Made by a program: the position numbers and the translations under genes. Shown piece after piece: positions 21,589 through 31,272 of a DNA stretch of 64,000 nucleotides. The stretch is taken from NCBI GenBank assembly GCA_023426575.1, contig JAFAAL010000012.1, forward strand, positions 2,147-66,146. Direction: 5' to 3'. The notes below the pieces were generated by a model. That model saw only the letters and a list, made by a program, of their open reading frames with translations, ran no database searches and was not told the origin of the DNA. The DNA comes from Bacillota bacterium (lineage in GTDB: Bacteria; Bacillota; Clostridia; Saccharofermentanales; DTU023). Position 1 is the stretch's first letter. Each line of letters begins with the position of its first letter.

Positions 21589-22146
21589 ATGATTTTACTA
21601 GCCATAACTGTTGACCTTATGGACGTCTTGCTGGGTCTTTTGATCTTGGCAGGCGTCGCAGCTCTGGTCGGCCTCACTCTCGTCTTGATCAATCTCAGTA
21701 AGACGCTCAAGACGGTCAATGCGCTGGCCACGGATCTGCAGCCCAGAGTCAGCGAGATACTGAGCGAGATTCCCACGACAGTTCGTCGTGTTGACAGCAT
21801 TCTCTGTGATGTCAACAAGATCAGCACGGCAGCAGGGGAGTCGTTCCCACCCCTCGTCCGCAGTGTTGCCGAGGCAGGGGAGACGCTGACGGACACGGTC
21901 GCCGTCCTGGGCGACGGAGCCTATTCAGCGGCAAACGCCGTCACGAATCTCTTCAAACGCTTTGAAAAAGGTGAGAAGACTTTCGAGATCAATAATCAGG
22001 CAGATATTTCCCTGATTGGCCAAAAGGCCATGAAGAATACAAATCTCGCCCAAGTGGCAGGCGCCGCTATCGGCACCTACCGTTTCGTGCAGAAGTTGAA
22101 AAAGGCCAAGAAAAAGGCCGATCGCAAGCGTAAGTTCGGTTTCTAG
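21589..22146 (+). CDS. DUF948-like membrane-anchored coiled-coil protein
   Basis: N-terminal TM helix, MCP-like helical region, Lys-rich tail. Pairing with a YtxH gene is typical of Firmicutes. The family call is from memory only. Confidence 0.5.
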   Translation: MILLAITVDLMDVLLGLLILAGVAALVGLTLVLINLSKTLKTVNALATDLQPRVSEILSEIPTTVRRVDSILCDVNKISTAAGESFPPLVRSVAEAGETLTDTVAVLGDGAYSAANAVTNLFKRFEKGEKTFEINNQADISLIGQKAMKNTNLAQVAGAAIGTYRFVQKLKKAKKKADRKRKFGF

Positions 22147-22166
22147 AAAGCTTTTCTGGGAGTCCT

Positions 22167-22198
22167 AAAAGTCGCCGTCAGGCGACTTTTTCTTTCTT
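22167..22198 (+). terminator. Rho-independent terminator
   Basis: AAAAGTCGCC-GTCA-GGCGACTTTT stem-loop followed by a TCTTTCTT run. Confidence 0.75.
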
Positions 22199-22225
22199 AA
22201 CAGGATCTATATTCTCTGCTAGAAT
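22197..22225 (+). promoter_or_regulatory. Putative promoter of yfhO (extended -10)
   Basis: TTAACA (22197-22202), 17-nt spacer including TG, TAGAAT (22220-22225), so TGcTAGAAT. Confidence 0.45.
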
Positions 22226-22246
22226 GGAATGGCTTCGGAGGTATTT

Positions 22247-25243
22247 ATGCGCCAAGTTCAGCATATTGACTTATATGATAAAAAGAAGTTCAAGCTCGGA
22301 ACACTACACCCGATCCTGGCCTTTGTCATTCCTTTTGCCATTTTATTCTTTGCCTACGCCGCAGTTCATATCTATCCTTTTGGCGATCGGCAAATTTTAA
22401 CAGTTGACCTCTTTCATCAATATGCCCCCTTCCTCAGGGAGCTGAGGAGCAAGATATTGAGTGGCCAGAGTCTCTTCTTTTCGTGGTCGGGTGGCCTCGG
22501 GATTAGTTTTCTCCCACTCTTTGCCTATTATCTCGCCAGCCCATTCAATCTCTTGCTCGTCTTCTTCTCAGATGCCTATCTGGCCGAGGGAATCCTCCTC
22601 ATCAGTCTTCTCAAGGTAGGCCTGACGGGATTTTGCATGTATTTCTTCCTGCGCAAGGGGAGAGCGCTGAGTAAGAATACCTCGTTGATTTTTGCCATTC
22701 CATACGCCCTCTCTGCCTTTGTCCTCGCGTACTCCTGGAATATCATGTGGCTCGATGTCATTTTTTATCTGCCGATCGTTGCCTATACGGCGCAGCTCAT
22801 CGTCGTCTCGGACCGTCTAGCGCCGTACATGATCACACTCTCGCTCATGATATTGAGCAACTATTATCTCGCCTTCTTCGTCTGTCTCTTTCTAATGTTC
22901 TACTATCCCGCCATCCTTATTCAGGACTTTCCGAGGCATTGTGAGAATAAGCTTCTGACAGCCTTTAAGAAGCTCGTCTACTTTGCAATTGGGAGTTTGA
23001 TGGCAGGGCTCGCCGCGGCCGTTCTCCTCTGGCCGACCTATCTCTCCCTAAAAGAGACCTCTGCAGCAGGAGATAGTTTCCCGACGGCTTGGACCTTTAA
23101 GCAAGCAGTGATCGACGTCTGGCCTCGCATGCTCTTTGCTCAGAGTCCAAACATTCGTCAGGGATTGCCCAATCTCTACATTGGCGTCTTTGTCTTCATC
23201 TTGATCCCACTCTACTTTCTCAGCAAGCGGATTGCCGGACGGGCCAAAGTCGTAAATCTCGCCCTGATCTCGATTCTCGTCTTCAGCTTCAGCATTAACA
23301 CTCTCGACTTTATCTGGCATGGCATGCACTATCCCAACCAGTTGCCTTATCGCTATGCCTTTCTCCTGGCCTTTGTCCTCTTGACACTCTCAGCTCAAGC
23401 CTGGGAGGCTCTCTCTTGGACAGGAGAGGGAAGTATTATGAAAGTGCTTGCGGGAGTTTTGATCTTCATCTTGCTCTGGCAGAAGATCCAGCTTGACAGT
23501 CTCGAGATGCTCTCCCTACTTGTCAGCCTCGTCTTTATCATTGCCTATGCCATGACGGCGCGGACGGCTTGGCGGGCACCTGGGCGCCACGCGCTGATGG
23601 CCACGGTCCTCTTCTTACTCATGGCCTTTGAGATTTCTCTCTCGACCTTCTTTGCAGTACAAAAAATTGCTGAGAACGAGTATTACGGGATTCGCGACGG
23701 CTATGCCTATGGTCAAGATGCCGCGGAAATTAGAAGTGCCGCCGCCGAGCTCAGGGCCAAGCACCCTCAAGAGCTCGTCCGAACAGAGCTTCGCCCCAAG
23801 AAGGCCGTCAATGATCCGATGCTCTATGGCCTCAATGGCTTCAGTGTCTTCAGCTCCTCTTTTCCTCAGAAGCCGGTCATCCTCTTTGAGAAGCTTGGCT
23901 ATCCGACGAATGGAGTCAATTCTTTTGAGTATACGGATTCGACACCGGCGATGTCTTCTCTCTTGAGCTTGCGCTATCTCATCAATCGCTCTCTCGACAA
24001 GGAGCTCGTAACGACGGCTTCCCCTGAATTTGAAGGGGAGAAGATCAAGGTTTATTCCCAGCAAAATGTCTTCCCACTCGCTGTCGCGGTCCAGCCTTCT
24101 GCAGGGCACTTTGCCTCTGTCAATGAATCCCCCTTTGCCAATCAGAACCAGTTGTTTCATGATCTCTTCGCTGCCTCTGAAATCTTTAAAGCTGTAACTT
24201 TCCGTGAAATTGATCGCAGCGAGGCTGAGTCCTCGATGGCTGTCGCCGTCGCCTCTGACTCCGAGGCCAGCGCTGAGACTTCTGAAGAGGGAGAAGCAAG
24301 GACCACAAGTGCCAATACTCTGCTCTCTGAGGATGCCGTCCGTGGAGGATATCTCGTCTCCCTCTCGACGGAGAGACAGGCGGATCCCTACTATCTTGAA
24401 CTAGAGGCCGAGGAGAGCGGACGTCTCTTTTTCTTCTTCAAGGCTCACTATGTCAAAATCTCTGATGTCTCCGTCAGAAGCGCGCAGGATGACTTCTTCC
24501 AATCGCGGAGTTCTAGGCGTGTCGATATGATTGACTGCGGAGAGGTCACGAAGGGTGATCGAATTCGCATCACTTTTACCTTCCGCGACCCTGATAACAC
24601 GGGGTCATTAGAACTTTTTTCCGCTGTCTATCAGGCTGATGCCTTTGCCCCTGTCATAGCAGAGGTCCAAAAGCAAGATTTTAAAGCTCTCTCCCTCAAT
24701 AGTCGCGGTGCAGCCTTTGCACTGACATCGCCCCAGGATGGTTATGCCTTTGTCTCTACGACCTATGATCCAGGTTGGCAGGTCCTGGTCGACGGACAGC
24801 CGGTCCAGACTTTTGCCCTCGGTGAATGCTTCCTCATGTTCCCCTTGGGACAGGGTCGACACGAGATTGAGATGACTTTTACGCCGCTGGGCTTCCATTC
24901 TGGTCTCATCATTTCTCTTTCGGCTTGGGCACTCATCTTGCTCATCTTATTGCTTGAGTATCTCGGGGAGCGCCGCGATCGTCAGGGGCAGGAGTACGAG
25001 GCCTATGAGGCGGATCTTTACCGCCAGGACCTTGAGAACAGTTACTATCTCGAGGCCTATCGCCCTGGCCCAGAGCAGATCAGTCCAGAACTGCGTGAAC
25101 AACATGAAAAAGCACGTCGAGAACTGAGCGAGGCCATCTTAGCTGCAGAGGGTCAGACTCACGAAGCCGAATTCGTACGGGCGAGGCAGATCAATGCCCT
25201 GACGGTCAAGGGAAAGGAGAGAGCTGATGAGTCCAAATCTTAA
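22247..25243 (+). CDS. yfhO: YfhO-family polytopic membrane glycosyltransferase-like protein
   Basis: IYPFGDRQILTVDLFHQYAPFLRELR...FFSWSGGLG N-terminus, more than 10 TM helices, large extracytoplasmic domain, terminal TM. GGAGG before ATG 22247. Confidence 0.8.
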   Translation: MRQVQHIDLYDKKKFKLGTLHPILAFVIPFAILFFAYAAVHIYPFGDRQILTVDLFHQYAPFLRELRSKILSGQSLFFSWSGGLGISFLPLFAYYLASPFNLLLVFFSDAYLAEGILLISLLKVGLTGFCMYFFLRKGRALSKNTSLIFAIPYALSAFVLAYSWNIMWLDVIFYLPIVAYTAQLIVVSDRLAPYMITLSLMILSNYYLAFFVCLFLMFYYPAILIQDFPRHCENKLLTAFKKLVYFAIGSLMAGLAAAVLLWPTYLSLKETSAAGDSFPTAWTFKQAVIDVWPRMLFAQSPNIRQGLPNLYIGVFVFILIPLYFLSKRIAGRAKVVNLALISILVFSFSINTLDFIWHGMHYPNQLPYRYAFLLAFVLLTLSAQAWEALSWTGEGSIMKVLAGVLIFILLWQKIQLDSLEMLSLLVSLVFIIAYAMTARTAWRAPGRHALMATVLFLLMAFEISLSTFFAVQKIAENEYYGIRDGYAYGQDAAEIRSAAAELRAKHPQELVRTELRPKKAVNDPMLYGLNGFSVFSSSFPQKPVILFEKLGYPTNGVNSFEYTDSTPAMSSLLSLRYLINRSLDKELVTTASPEFEGEKIKVYSQQNVFPLAVAVQPSAGHFASVNESPFANQNQLFHDLFAASEIFKAVTFREIDRSEAESSMAVAVASDSEASAETSEEGEARTTSANTLLSEDAVRGGYLVSLSTERQADPYYLELEAEESGRLFFFFKAHYVKISDVSVRSAQDDFFQSRSSRRVDMIDCGEVTKGDRIRITFTFRDPDNTGSLELFSAVYQADAFAPVIAEVQKQDFKALSLNSRGAAFALTSPQDGYAFVSTTYDPGWQVLVDGQPVQTFALGECFLMFPLGQGRHEIEMTFTPLGFHSGLIISLSAWALILLILLLEYLGERRDRQGQEYEAYEADLYRQDLENSYYLEAYRPGPEQISPELREQHEKARRELSEAILAAEGQTHEAEFVRARQINALTVKGKERADESKS

Positions 25244-25733
25244 GCGTCGCAATTACATTTCCTGGGATGAGTACTTCATGGGTGCAGCGCTGCTCGCGGC
25301 GAAGCGCAGCAAGGATCCGTCGACACAAGTTGGAGCCGCCGTGGTCAATAGCGACAACAAAATTGTCTCGATTGGCTACAACGGAATGCCCATTGGTTGT
25401 TCGGACGACCACTTTCCCTGGGCGCGAGAGGGGGAGTATCTGGAGACTAAATATCCCTTTGTCTGCCATGCCGAGTTAAATGCGATCCTCAACGCTGGCG
25501 GACATGTACTCAAGGACGCCCGTATCTATGTCCCGCTCTTTCCCTGTAATGAATGCGCCAAGGCAATCATCCAGTCTGGAATTCGCGAAGTCATCTATCT
25601 TTCTGACAAGTATGGGGCCACTGACTCCATCAAGGCGAGCAAGCGCATGTTCGACGCAGCAGGGGTGAGATATCAGCAGCTCGAGACAGAACTCGAGGAA
25701 CTGTCTATCTCCTATCTCCCTGAGGACGTCTAA
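25227..25733 (+). CDS. comEB: dCMP deaminase (ComEB type)
   Basis: Zinc-dependent deaminase motifs HAELNAI and PCNECAK. 168 aa. Overlaps the yfhO end by 17 nt. Confidence 0.88.
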   Translation: MSPNLKRRNYISWDEYFMGAALLAAKRSKDPSTQVGAAVVNSDNKIVSIGYNGMPIGCSDDHFPWAREGEYLETKYPFVCHAELNAILNAGGHVLKDARIYVPLFPCNECAKAIIQSGIREVIYLSDKYGATDSIKASKRMFDAAGVRYQQLETELEELSISYLPEDV

Positions 25734-26557
25734 TTTTTCCACTTATGCACTGAAGTGAGGTTGAGGAGCTCTCTTTCTTCACTGGCCGTCAGGTAGCGGT
25801 AGTCGCCAGGACGCATCTCATCGATTTCAAGAAACATGATGCGTGCGCGTACGAGTTTTTTGACCTTGTATCCCAAGGCCTCGCACATGCGCCTAATCTG
25901 GCGGTTGAGGCCCTGCTTCAAGATGATTTGAAATTGTCTCTCTGAAACAGCTCTGACCTCGCAGGGCAAGGTCTTCTGGCCTAGGATGAAGACGCCCTCA
26001 CGCATGGCCTGTAGAAAGGCATCCGTCAGGCTGCGATCGACTGTAACCAGGTATTCCTTCTCGTGTTGATTCTCCACGCGCAATATGCGATTGACGATGT
26101 CTCCATCATTGGTCAGGAGGATCAATCCCTCGGAATCTCGGTCGAGACGACCGACGTGAAAGAGGCGCTCCTTGAGATTGAGATACGAAATGATGTTATC
26201 CCTGCGCCGAAGGTCCGTCGTACAAGTGATTCCACGCGGTTTATAGAGAAGAAGATAGAGATAGTGTTTTGTCTTTGACAAGTCGATTTTACGCCCACGA
26301 AAGCTAATGTCGTCCGTTAACTTGACTTTCTGCCCGAGGAGAGCGCTTTGACCATTGACAGTGACTTGTCCCTGTGAGATCAGCTCATCCGCGCCACGCC
26401 GTGAGGAGAGCCCCAGATCTGCCAGGAGGCGGTTGATCCGGACCTCCTCGACGCGCCCCGAGTGAAGCTCAGAGCGCATCCGCCAATCGCTATCGGCGCT
26501 TCTTACCCTCTCTCGATGCGGACTGTTTAAGGCATGGGCTGGAGGCACTCTAGTCAT
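25730..26557 (-). CDS. Pseudouridine synthase, RsuA/RluB family (S4 domain + catalytic domain)
   Basis: S4 INRLLADLGLSSRRGADELISQGQVTVNG, catalytic GRLDRDSEGLILLTNDG. ATG 26557 has GGGAGG 6 nt upstream and overlaps the HK stop. ATG 26479 is an alternative start. Confidence 0.8.
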   Translation of the reverse strand: MTRVPPAHALNSPHRERVRSADSDWRMRSELHSGRVEEVRINRLLADLGLSSRRGADELISQGQVTVNGQSALLGQKVKLTDDISFRGRKIDLSKTKHYLYLLLYKPRGITCTTDLRRRDNIISYLNLKERLFHVGRLDRDSEGLILLTNDGDIVNRILRVENQHEKEYLVTVDRSLTDAFLQAMREGVFILGQKTLPCEVRAVSERQFQIILKQGLNRQIRRMCEALGYKVKKLVRARIMFLEIDEMRPGDYRYLTASEERELLNLTSVHKWKN

Positions 26558-28490
26558 TCTCATCCTCCCGACTTCTCTTCCAATTTGAGAACTTACGCTT
26601 TTTCGTCTTTTCCTTGGGCCCGTCCTCAGCCTCTGAACCATCTGAACTCGGCCCAGCATCAAAGCCCATTACGTCGACCAGATAGGCCTCGGAGCGGAGG
26701 ACATCCTGGGCATAGGGCAAGTCGAGTCGGAATGTCGCGCCATGCCCGTAGTCGGATTGAACCGTGAGGCGGCCGTGCATCTTATCTGTGATCTCTTCGG
26801 CAATACTGAGTCCAAGCCCCGTCCCAACCTCATTGTGAGCTTTGTCCGCCTTGTAGAAGCGCTCAAAGACAAAGGGCAGATCCTGCGCTTTGATGCCGAG
26901 TCCCTGGTCACTGACGCTGATTCTCGCAAGATTATCTTGAAGTTCGAGACTCAGTGTGATCAGACCCTCATCTGGGCTAAATTTCAAAGCGTTGTCGTAG
27001 AGGATGTAGAGAATTTGCTCAAGGCGATCGGGATTGGTCCAGACCGCAGGGATGGGACCCTCGGGAAGATCTAATTTCAAGTGGAGACCAATATCCTGGG
27101 CAAGAGCCTCAAAGCGAAGGCTGATATCTCTAAGCAAGGGGCCTAGGGCCACTGGACCCATGGGTATTTGGGCCTTGCCGCTCTGGACTCGAGACAGTTC
27201 CAGCATATCGTTGATCAGCCTCGAGAGGCGTAGATTCTCTCGTAGCAAGATGCCGTAATAGCGCTGCCTCGTCGCTTCATCGTGAACCATCCCATCGGCG
27301 AGTGGCTCGAGGAGTGCCCGCATCGAAGTCAGCGGCGCGCGCAGCTCATGCGAGATATTGGCAACGTAGTCGCGACGCGTCTGCTCAAGTCGCTCTGACT
27401 CCGTACTATCGTGGCAGAGACAGACAGCACCATAGAGATTTTGCTCTGGGTCTAGAAGCGGGCTAATCTGGACAGCGAGAATCGCATGCTCTAAATCAAT
27501 CTTGATATTTTGCTCACTCGCCGTCTCGAGACATTTGGCAATACTATCGTTCAGTCCCGTGATCCGCAGGAAGTCACTGGGACTGATGAGCTCTGGATCT
27601 TTGCCAAAGAGATCCCAGATGACTGAGTTAAAGTGGGTCACTTCACCATTGGCATCGAGCGCGATGATGCCCTCTCGGATGCCCTCAATGATGGCAGCAA
27701 GGCGCTTGCGCTCGTGGTTCAGCGCGTTAAATGAGCTATTGAGTCTAGAAGCCATGTGATTCATCGCATTGCTGAGATCAGTGATCTCGCTATCGCCACT
27801 GGCCTCGCTGCGCTTTGAAAAGTCGCCGGCCGTGATGGCAAGAGCCATCTCACGTAAGTCTGAAATTGGCTTGATCAGATGTCGCATCGCCAGCAACATG
27901 GGAATGACAAGAATGAGGGCGACGATCAAAGAGGCGAGAAAGAGCGAGACATTGAGGCTTTTGACTGAGGCGCTCAATTCAGAAATCGGCTGAAGCAAGA
28001 TGACGGAGCCCACGGGCAAGGCCTCAGTCTTGATCTCTACCGGGCTGATGACGTAGAGGAACTCATCGTGGAGAGCTGTCTTCTCTGCAAAGTAAAATTG
28101 CTCGAACATCCCACCGCTCTTGACCTCGTCATTGAGTCGGATCAAGTCTTCTTGTACTTGAACTTTGAGCTCCTCAGTCCAAGTCTCTGGCAAATCGGTC
28201 GCCGCGATGATGCCCTGATTGCCCATGATGAAGGTGAAGACTCCATAGAAGTTGTAGGAGACACTGACGATGTTATTGATTTGACTGATGTAGCTGCTGT
28301 CGCGGTCCGTATTTTGCAGTGCGAACTGGCGTGCAATCCACTGGGCCTGGGGCAGCAACTCTTGTTTTTTGTTCTGGATGAAGAGCGGCTTGGCGAGGAA
28401 AGAGTAGAGAGCTGAGGTCAGAAGACCCATCAGCACCAGCGAAGCAAAGAGCAGCACGGCCAATTTTTGCAGGATGGACGACTTCTTCAA
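26550..28490 (-). CDS. Sensor histidine kinase (2 TM, HAMP, PAS, HisKA, HATPase_c)
   Basis: H-box ISHELRAPLTSM, N-box, G1 SDQGLGI, G2 GTGLGLSI. Overlaps the upstream response regulator by 4 nt. Confidence 0.9.
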   Translation of the reverse strand: MKKSSILQKLAVLLFASLVLMGLLTSALYSFLAKPLFIQNKKQELLPQAQWIARQFALQNTDRDSSYISQINNIVSVSYNFYGVFTFIMGNQGIIAATDLPETWTEELKVQVQEDLIRLNDEVKSGGMFEQFYFAEKTALHDEFLYVISPVEIKTEALPVGSVILLQPISELSASVKSLNVSLFLASLIVALILVIPMLLAMRHLIKPISDLREMALAITAGDFSKRSEASGDSEITDLSNAMNHMASRLNSSFNALNHERKRLAAIIEGIREGIIALDANGEVTHFNSVIWDLFGKDPELISPSDFLRITGLNDSIAKCLETASEQNIKIDLEHAILAVQISPLLDPEQNLYGAVCLCHDSTESERLEQTRRDYVANISHELRAPLTSMRALLEPLADGMVHDEATRQRYYGILLRENLRLSRLINDMLELSRVQSGKAQIPMGPVALGPLLRDISLRFEALAQDIGLHLKLDLPEGPIPAVWTNPDRLEQILYILYDNALKFSPDEGLITLSLELQDNLARISVSDQGLGIKAQDLPFVFERFYKADKAHNEVGTGLGLSIAEEITDKMHGRLTVQSDYGHGATFRLDLPYAQDVLRSEAYLVDVMGFDAGPSSDGSEAEDGPKEKTKKRKFSNWKRSREDEND

Positions 28491-29185
28491 GAGGCTGATT
28501 TTCCTGGGTCGAACTTGTAGCCTGCACCGTAGATGGTCACGACAGAGTAGCTGTGCTCAGAGCTCTGTAATTTCTGCCGAATGCGCTTAATGTGCGTGTC
28601 TACTGTGCGCATGTCACCGAAGTAATCATAGCCCCAGATCTTGGAGAGGATGGTCTGACGGTCAAAGACTTGATTGGGATTCGAAGCGAGCAGGTAGAGA
28701 ATCTCGACCTCTTTGGCGGTGAAGGGGACATCGGCACCGTCGACCTTGACCTGATAGGTGTCCAAGTTGATCTCGAGACCCTCATAGCGAACGGTCTGCC
28801 CCGCTTTCTCCGTCTCGCCAGTCCGTCGCAAGACCGCCTTGATGCGGGCGACCAGCTCACGGGGTGAAAATGGCTTGACCAGATAGTCGTCAGCGCCGAG
28901 CTCGAGGCCCAGCACGCGATCGATCTCCTCCCCCTTGGCCGTCAACATGATGATTGGGACGCTGCTGTCCTTGCGAATTTCACGACAGACCTCGGTCCCA
29001 GACATCTTGGGCATCATGATGTCGAGTAAGATGAGATCGGGATTAAACTCGCGAAAAGCTGCCAGTGCAGCCTCACCGTCAAAAGCCGACTTGTATGTGA
29101 AGTTCTCACTGTCGAGATAGATAGCCAGTGATTCGTGGATGACAGGATCGTCGTCACAGATCAGGATAAGGGCTTGTTGGTTCAT
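28487..29185 (-). CDS. OmpR/PhoB-family response regulator
   Basis: Receiver ICDDD...LLDIMMP...VKPF plus a winged-helix C-domain. GGAGG 5 nt before ATG 29185 (the track start 29197 is a GTG inside the RBS region). Confidence 0.9.
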   Translation of the reverse strand: MNQQALILICDDDPVIHESLAIYLDSENFTYKSAFDGEAALAAFREFNPDLILLDIMMPKMSGTEVCREIRKDSSVPIIMLTAKGEEIDRVLGLELGADDYLVKPFSPRELVARIKAVLRRTGETEKAGQTVRYEGLEINLDTYQVKVDGADVPFTAKEVEILYLLASNPNQVFDRQTILSKIWGYDYFGDMRTVDTHIKRIRQKLQSSEHSYSVVTIYGAGYKFDPGKSAS

Positions 29186-29263
29186 GTTCGCCTCCACATT
29201 TCTGATGGCATCATTATACTAGAAATACAAAATGAAGGCAGGGCTGTGAAGAGAGGGGATGAG

Positions 29264-30013
29264 ATGTCAAACTTTTACTATGTGCTCCACGGGCAGAAAA
29301 AACCTTTTGATCCAGAGACGGCCATCGTCTATGAGGACAATCACGTCCTCGTCGTCCGCAAGCCCCCAGGCTTACTCAGCCAGGGGGATCAGAGCAAAGA
29401 TCCCGATCTACTCTCCATTTACATGCAGTGGATCAAGATGCGCGATCATAAGCCAGGTCAGGTCTGGCTCGCGCCTGTCCACCGTCTGGATCGAATGGTT
29501 GGAGGTCTCATCCTCCTGGCCAAGACGAGCAAGGCGGCAGCGCGCCTCAATGCAGAGATGAGATCGCAGAGAATTCTCAAGCGCTATCTTGCCGTGCTCA
29601 GAGGCGCTCTTGAGGAAGCTCAGGGGGAGCTCATCCACTATCTGAGCTCTGAGACTCAAAATGGACGTTACCAGATTATGAGAGGTCCCGAGGAGGGGAG
29701 ATACGCCAATCTGAGCTACAGATGCCTGGCCTATCGTCATGAGGAAGATCTCTCGCTTGTCCTCATTACTCTCAAAACGGGGCGTCCTCACCAGATTCGG
29801 CTCCAGTTTGCCGCCGAGGGCCATCCACTCCTCCATGACAGGCGCTACGGCGAAAAAGATACCGCCGATCCACTGGCGCTAGCTCCCGCTCTTTTTGCCT
29901 GCCAGCTTGGCGTCAAACATCCGACGAGAGAGCTCTGCTTAAATCTCATGGTCTTGCCCGAGGGACTGCCTGACTTTGAACTCTTTTGCACAGCTGAGTG
30001 CGGTCTGCTATAA
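29264..30013 (+). CDS. RluA-family pseudouridine synthase (no S4 domain)
   Basis: VVRKPPGLLSQ, catalytic HRLDRMVGGLILLAKT, GRPHQIRLQ. Internal ATG 29264 with a purine-rich RBS. Divergent from the response regulator. Confidence 0.8.
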   Translation: MSNFYYVLHGQKKPFDPETAIVYEDNHVLVVRKPPGLLSQGDQSKDPDLLSIYMQWIKMRDHKPGQVWLAPVHRLDRMVGGLILLAKTSKAAARLNAEMRSQRILKRYLAVLRGALEEAQGELIHYLSSETQNGRYQIMRGPEEGRYANLSYRCLAYRHEEDLSLVLITLKTGRPHQIRLQFAAEGHPLLHDRRYGEKDTADPLALAPALFACQLGVKHPTRELCLNLMVLPEGLPDFELFCTAECGLL

Positions 30014-30069
30014 TCTCTAAGCAAGGAACCCTGTTGTCTTTGCAAATCTTTTCTTGCAAGAGGTCAAGC

Positions 30070-31272
30070 ATGAAACGTTATATCGGTACCACTGTTCGCG
30101 GCTTACGAGGGCCTATTTTCAAGCAGGGCGATGATCTGTTAACGATCCTTCCCGAATTGCTGAGTGAGGCTTTTGCAGCGGAGGGATTTAAACCTGGCCG
30201 CAAAGATGTCCTCTGTATCACAGAATCGGTGCTCGCCAGATGTCAGGGCAACTATGCCAGCATTGACGACATCGCCGAGGATGTCCGCGCACTCTTTCCC
30301 GATCAACCCCGCGTTCTCGGCCTGACCTTGCCCATCCTGAGCCGCAATCGATTTTCGGTCCTCTTGCGTGGGATTGCCAGAGCCTGCGATCGCTTGATTA
30401 TTCAGCTCTCCTATCCTGCGGACGAGGTGGGCAATCAGCTGATGGATTATCGTGAGCTCCTGAATTCAGAGATCAATCCCTACCGTGATGTCTTTACGGA
30501 AGCGGAGTTCTATCAACAATTTTCCAGATTTAAGCACCTCTTCACGGATATTGACTACGTGCAACTCTATCGCGAGATAGCCGAGAGCGAGAACTGCCAG
30601 TGCAACTTTATCTTTGCCAATGATCCCCGTGCCGTCTTGGCCTCTGCGGATCAGGTCATCTGCTGTGATATCCACAGCCGTGAGAACAGCAAGAGAATCC
30701 TCCGGGAGGCTGGCGCTCGACGCGTCATTGGACTCGATGAGATTCTCGCTCAGCCGAGTTCCACACACGGGTATAACGAGGACTATGGCATTCTCGGCTC
30801 GAACAAGGCGACTGAGTCAAGAATTAAGTTATTCCCGCGCGATGCTCAAAAATTTGTCGATGACTTAGCAGAACGTCTGGCCCAGCGCTTTGGTCAGAGC
30901 ATTGAGGTCATGGTCTATGGCGACGGCGCCTTCAAGGATCCCTATGGCAAGATCTGGGAATTGGCCGACCCCGTTGTCTCCCCCGCCTATACCCCTGGCC
31001 TGTCGGGCCGACCTAATGAACTAAAGATCAAGTACCTCGCTGACAATGACTATGCCGACCTCAGCCCTGAGGAAAAGGCCTGCAAGATTCAGGATCAGAT
31101 CAAGCGTTCAGAGCATCAATCAGATTCCGATGCTGCTGAGGGCACGACACCGAGACGTCTGACTGACCTTCTCGGCTCTCTCGCCGACCTCTCTTCCGGC
31201 TCAGGGGACAAGGGGACCCCCTTTGTCTATATCCAGGGCTACTTTGACACCTATGCTGATGACGATCAATAG
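30070..31272 (+). CDS. F420-0:gamma-glutamyl ligase (CofE)-like family protein, function unknown
   Basis: The 400-aa protein resembles my recollection of the PF01996 domain (ITESVLARCQGNY, DYGILGSNKA, C-terminal LADLSSGSGDKGTPFVYIQG). RBS AAGAGG before ATG 30070. Tentative. Confidence 0.45.
   Translation: MKRYIGTTVRGLRGPIFKQGDDLLTILPELLSEAFAAEGFKPGRKDVLCITESVLARCQGNYASIDDIAEDVRALFPDQPRVLGLTLPILSRNRFSVLLRGIARACDRLIIQLSYPADEVGNQLMDYRELLNSEINPYRDVFTEAEFYQQFSRFKHLFTDIDYVQLYREIAESENCQCNFIFANDPRAVLASADQVICCDIHSRENSKRILREAGARRVIGLDEILAQPSSTHGYNEDYGILGSNKATESRIKLFPRDAQKFVDDLAERLAQRFGQSIEVMVYGDGAFKDPYGKIWELADPVVSPAYTPGLSGRPNELKIKYLADNDYADLSPEEKACKIQDQIKRSEHQSDSDAAEGTTPRRLTDLLGSLADLSSGSGDKGTPFVYIQGYFDTYADDDQ

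Noticed and set aside
21213-21896. 227-aa minus-strand ORF spanning the ytxH-like and DUF948-like genes
   Set aside because: It crosses the intergenic RBS region of two plus-strand genes that have promoter, RBS and terminator signals. Its translation is Ser/Arg/Thr-rich with no motif.
25727-25736. Possible missing gene or terminator between convergent comEB and the RsuA/RluB-type synthase
   Set aside because: The two stop codons overlap (TAA 25731-25733 and minus-strand TAG 25732-25730), so there is no space for any element. It is noted under the two-component/pseudouridine synthase finding rather than as a feature.
29198-29226. ATTTCT-N17-AGAAAT inverted repeat in the RR/rluA divergent promoter region, sharing half-sites with the glyA palindrome at 59005-59018
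   Set aside because: These are 6-nt AT-rich arms, expected by chance dozens of times in 64 kb. OmpR-family regulators normally bind direct repeats. This is not enough to claim a shared operator.
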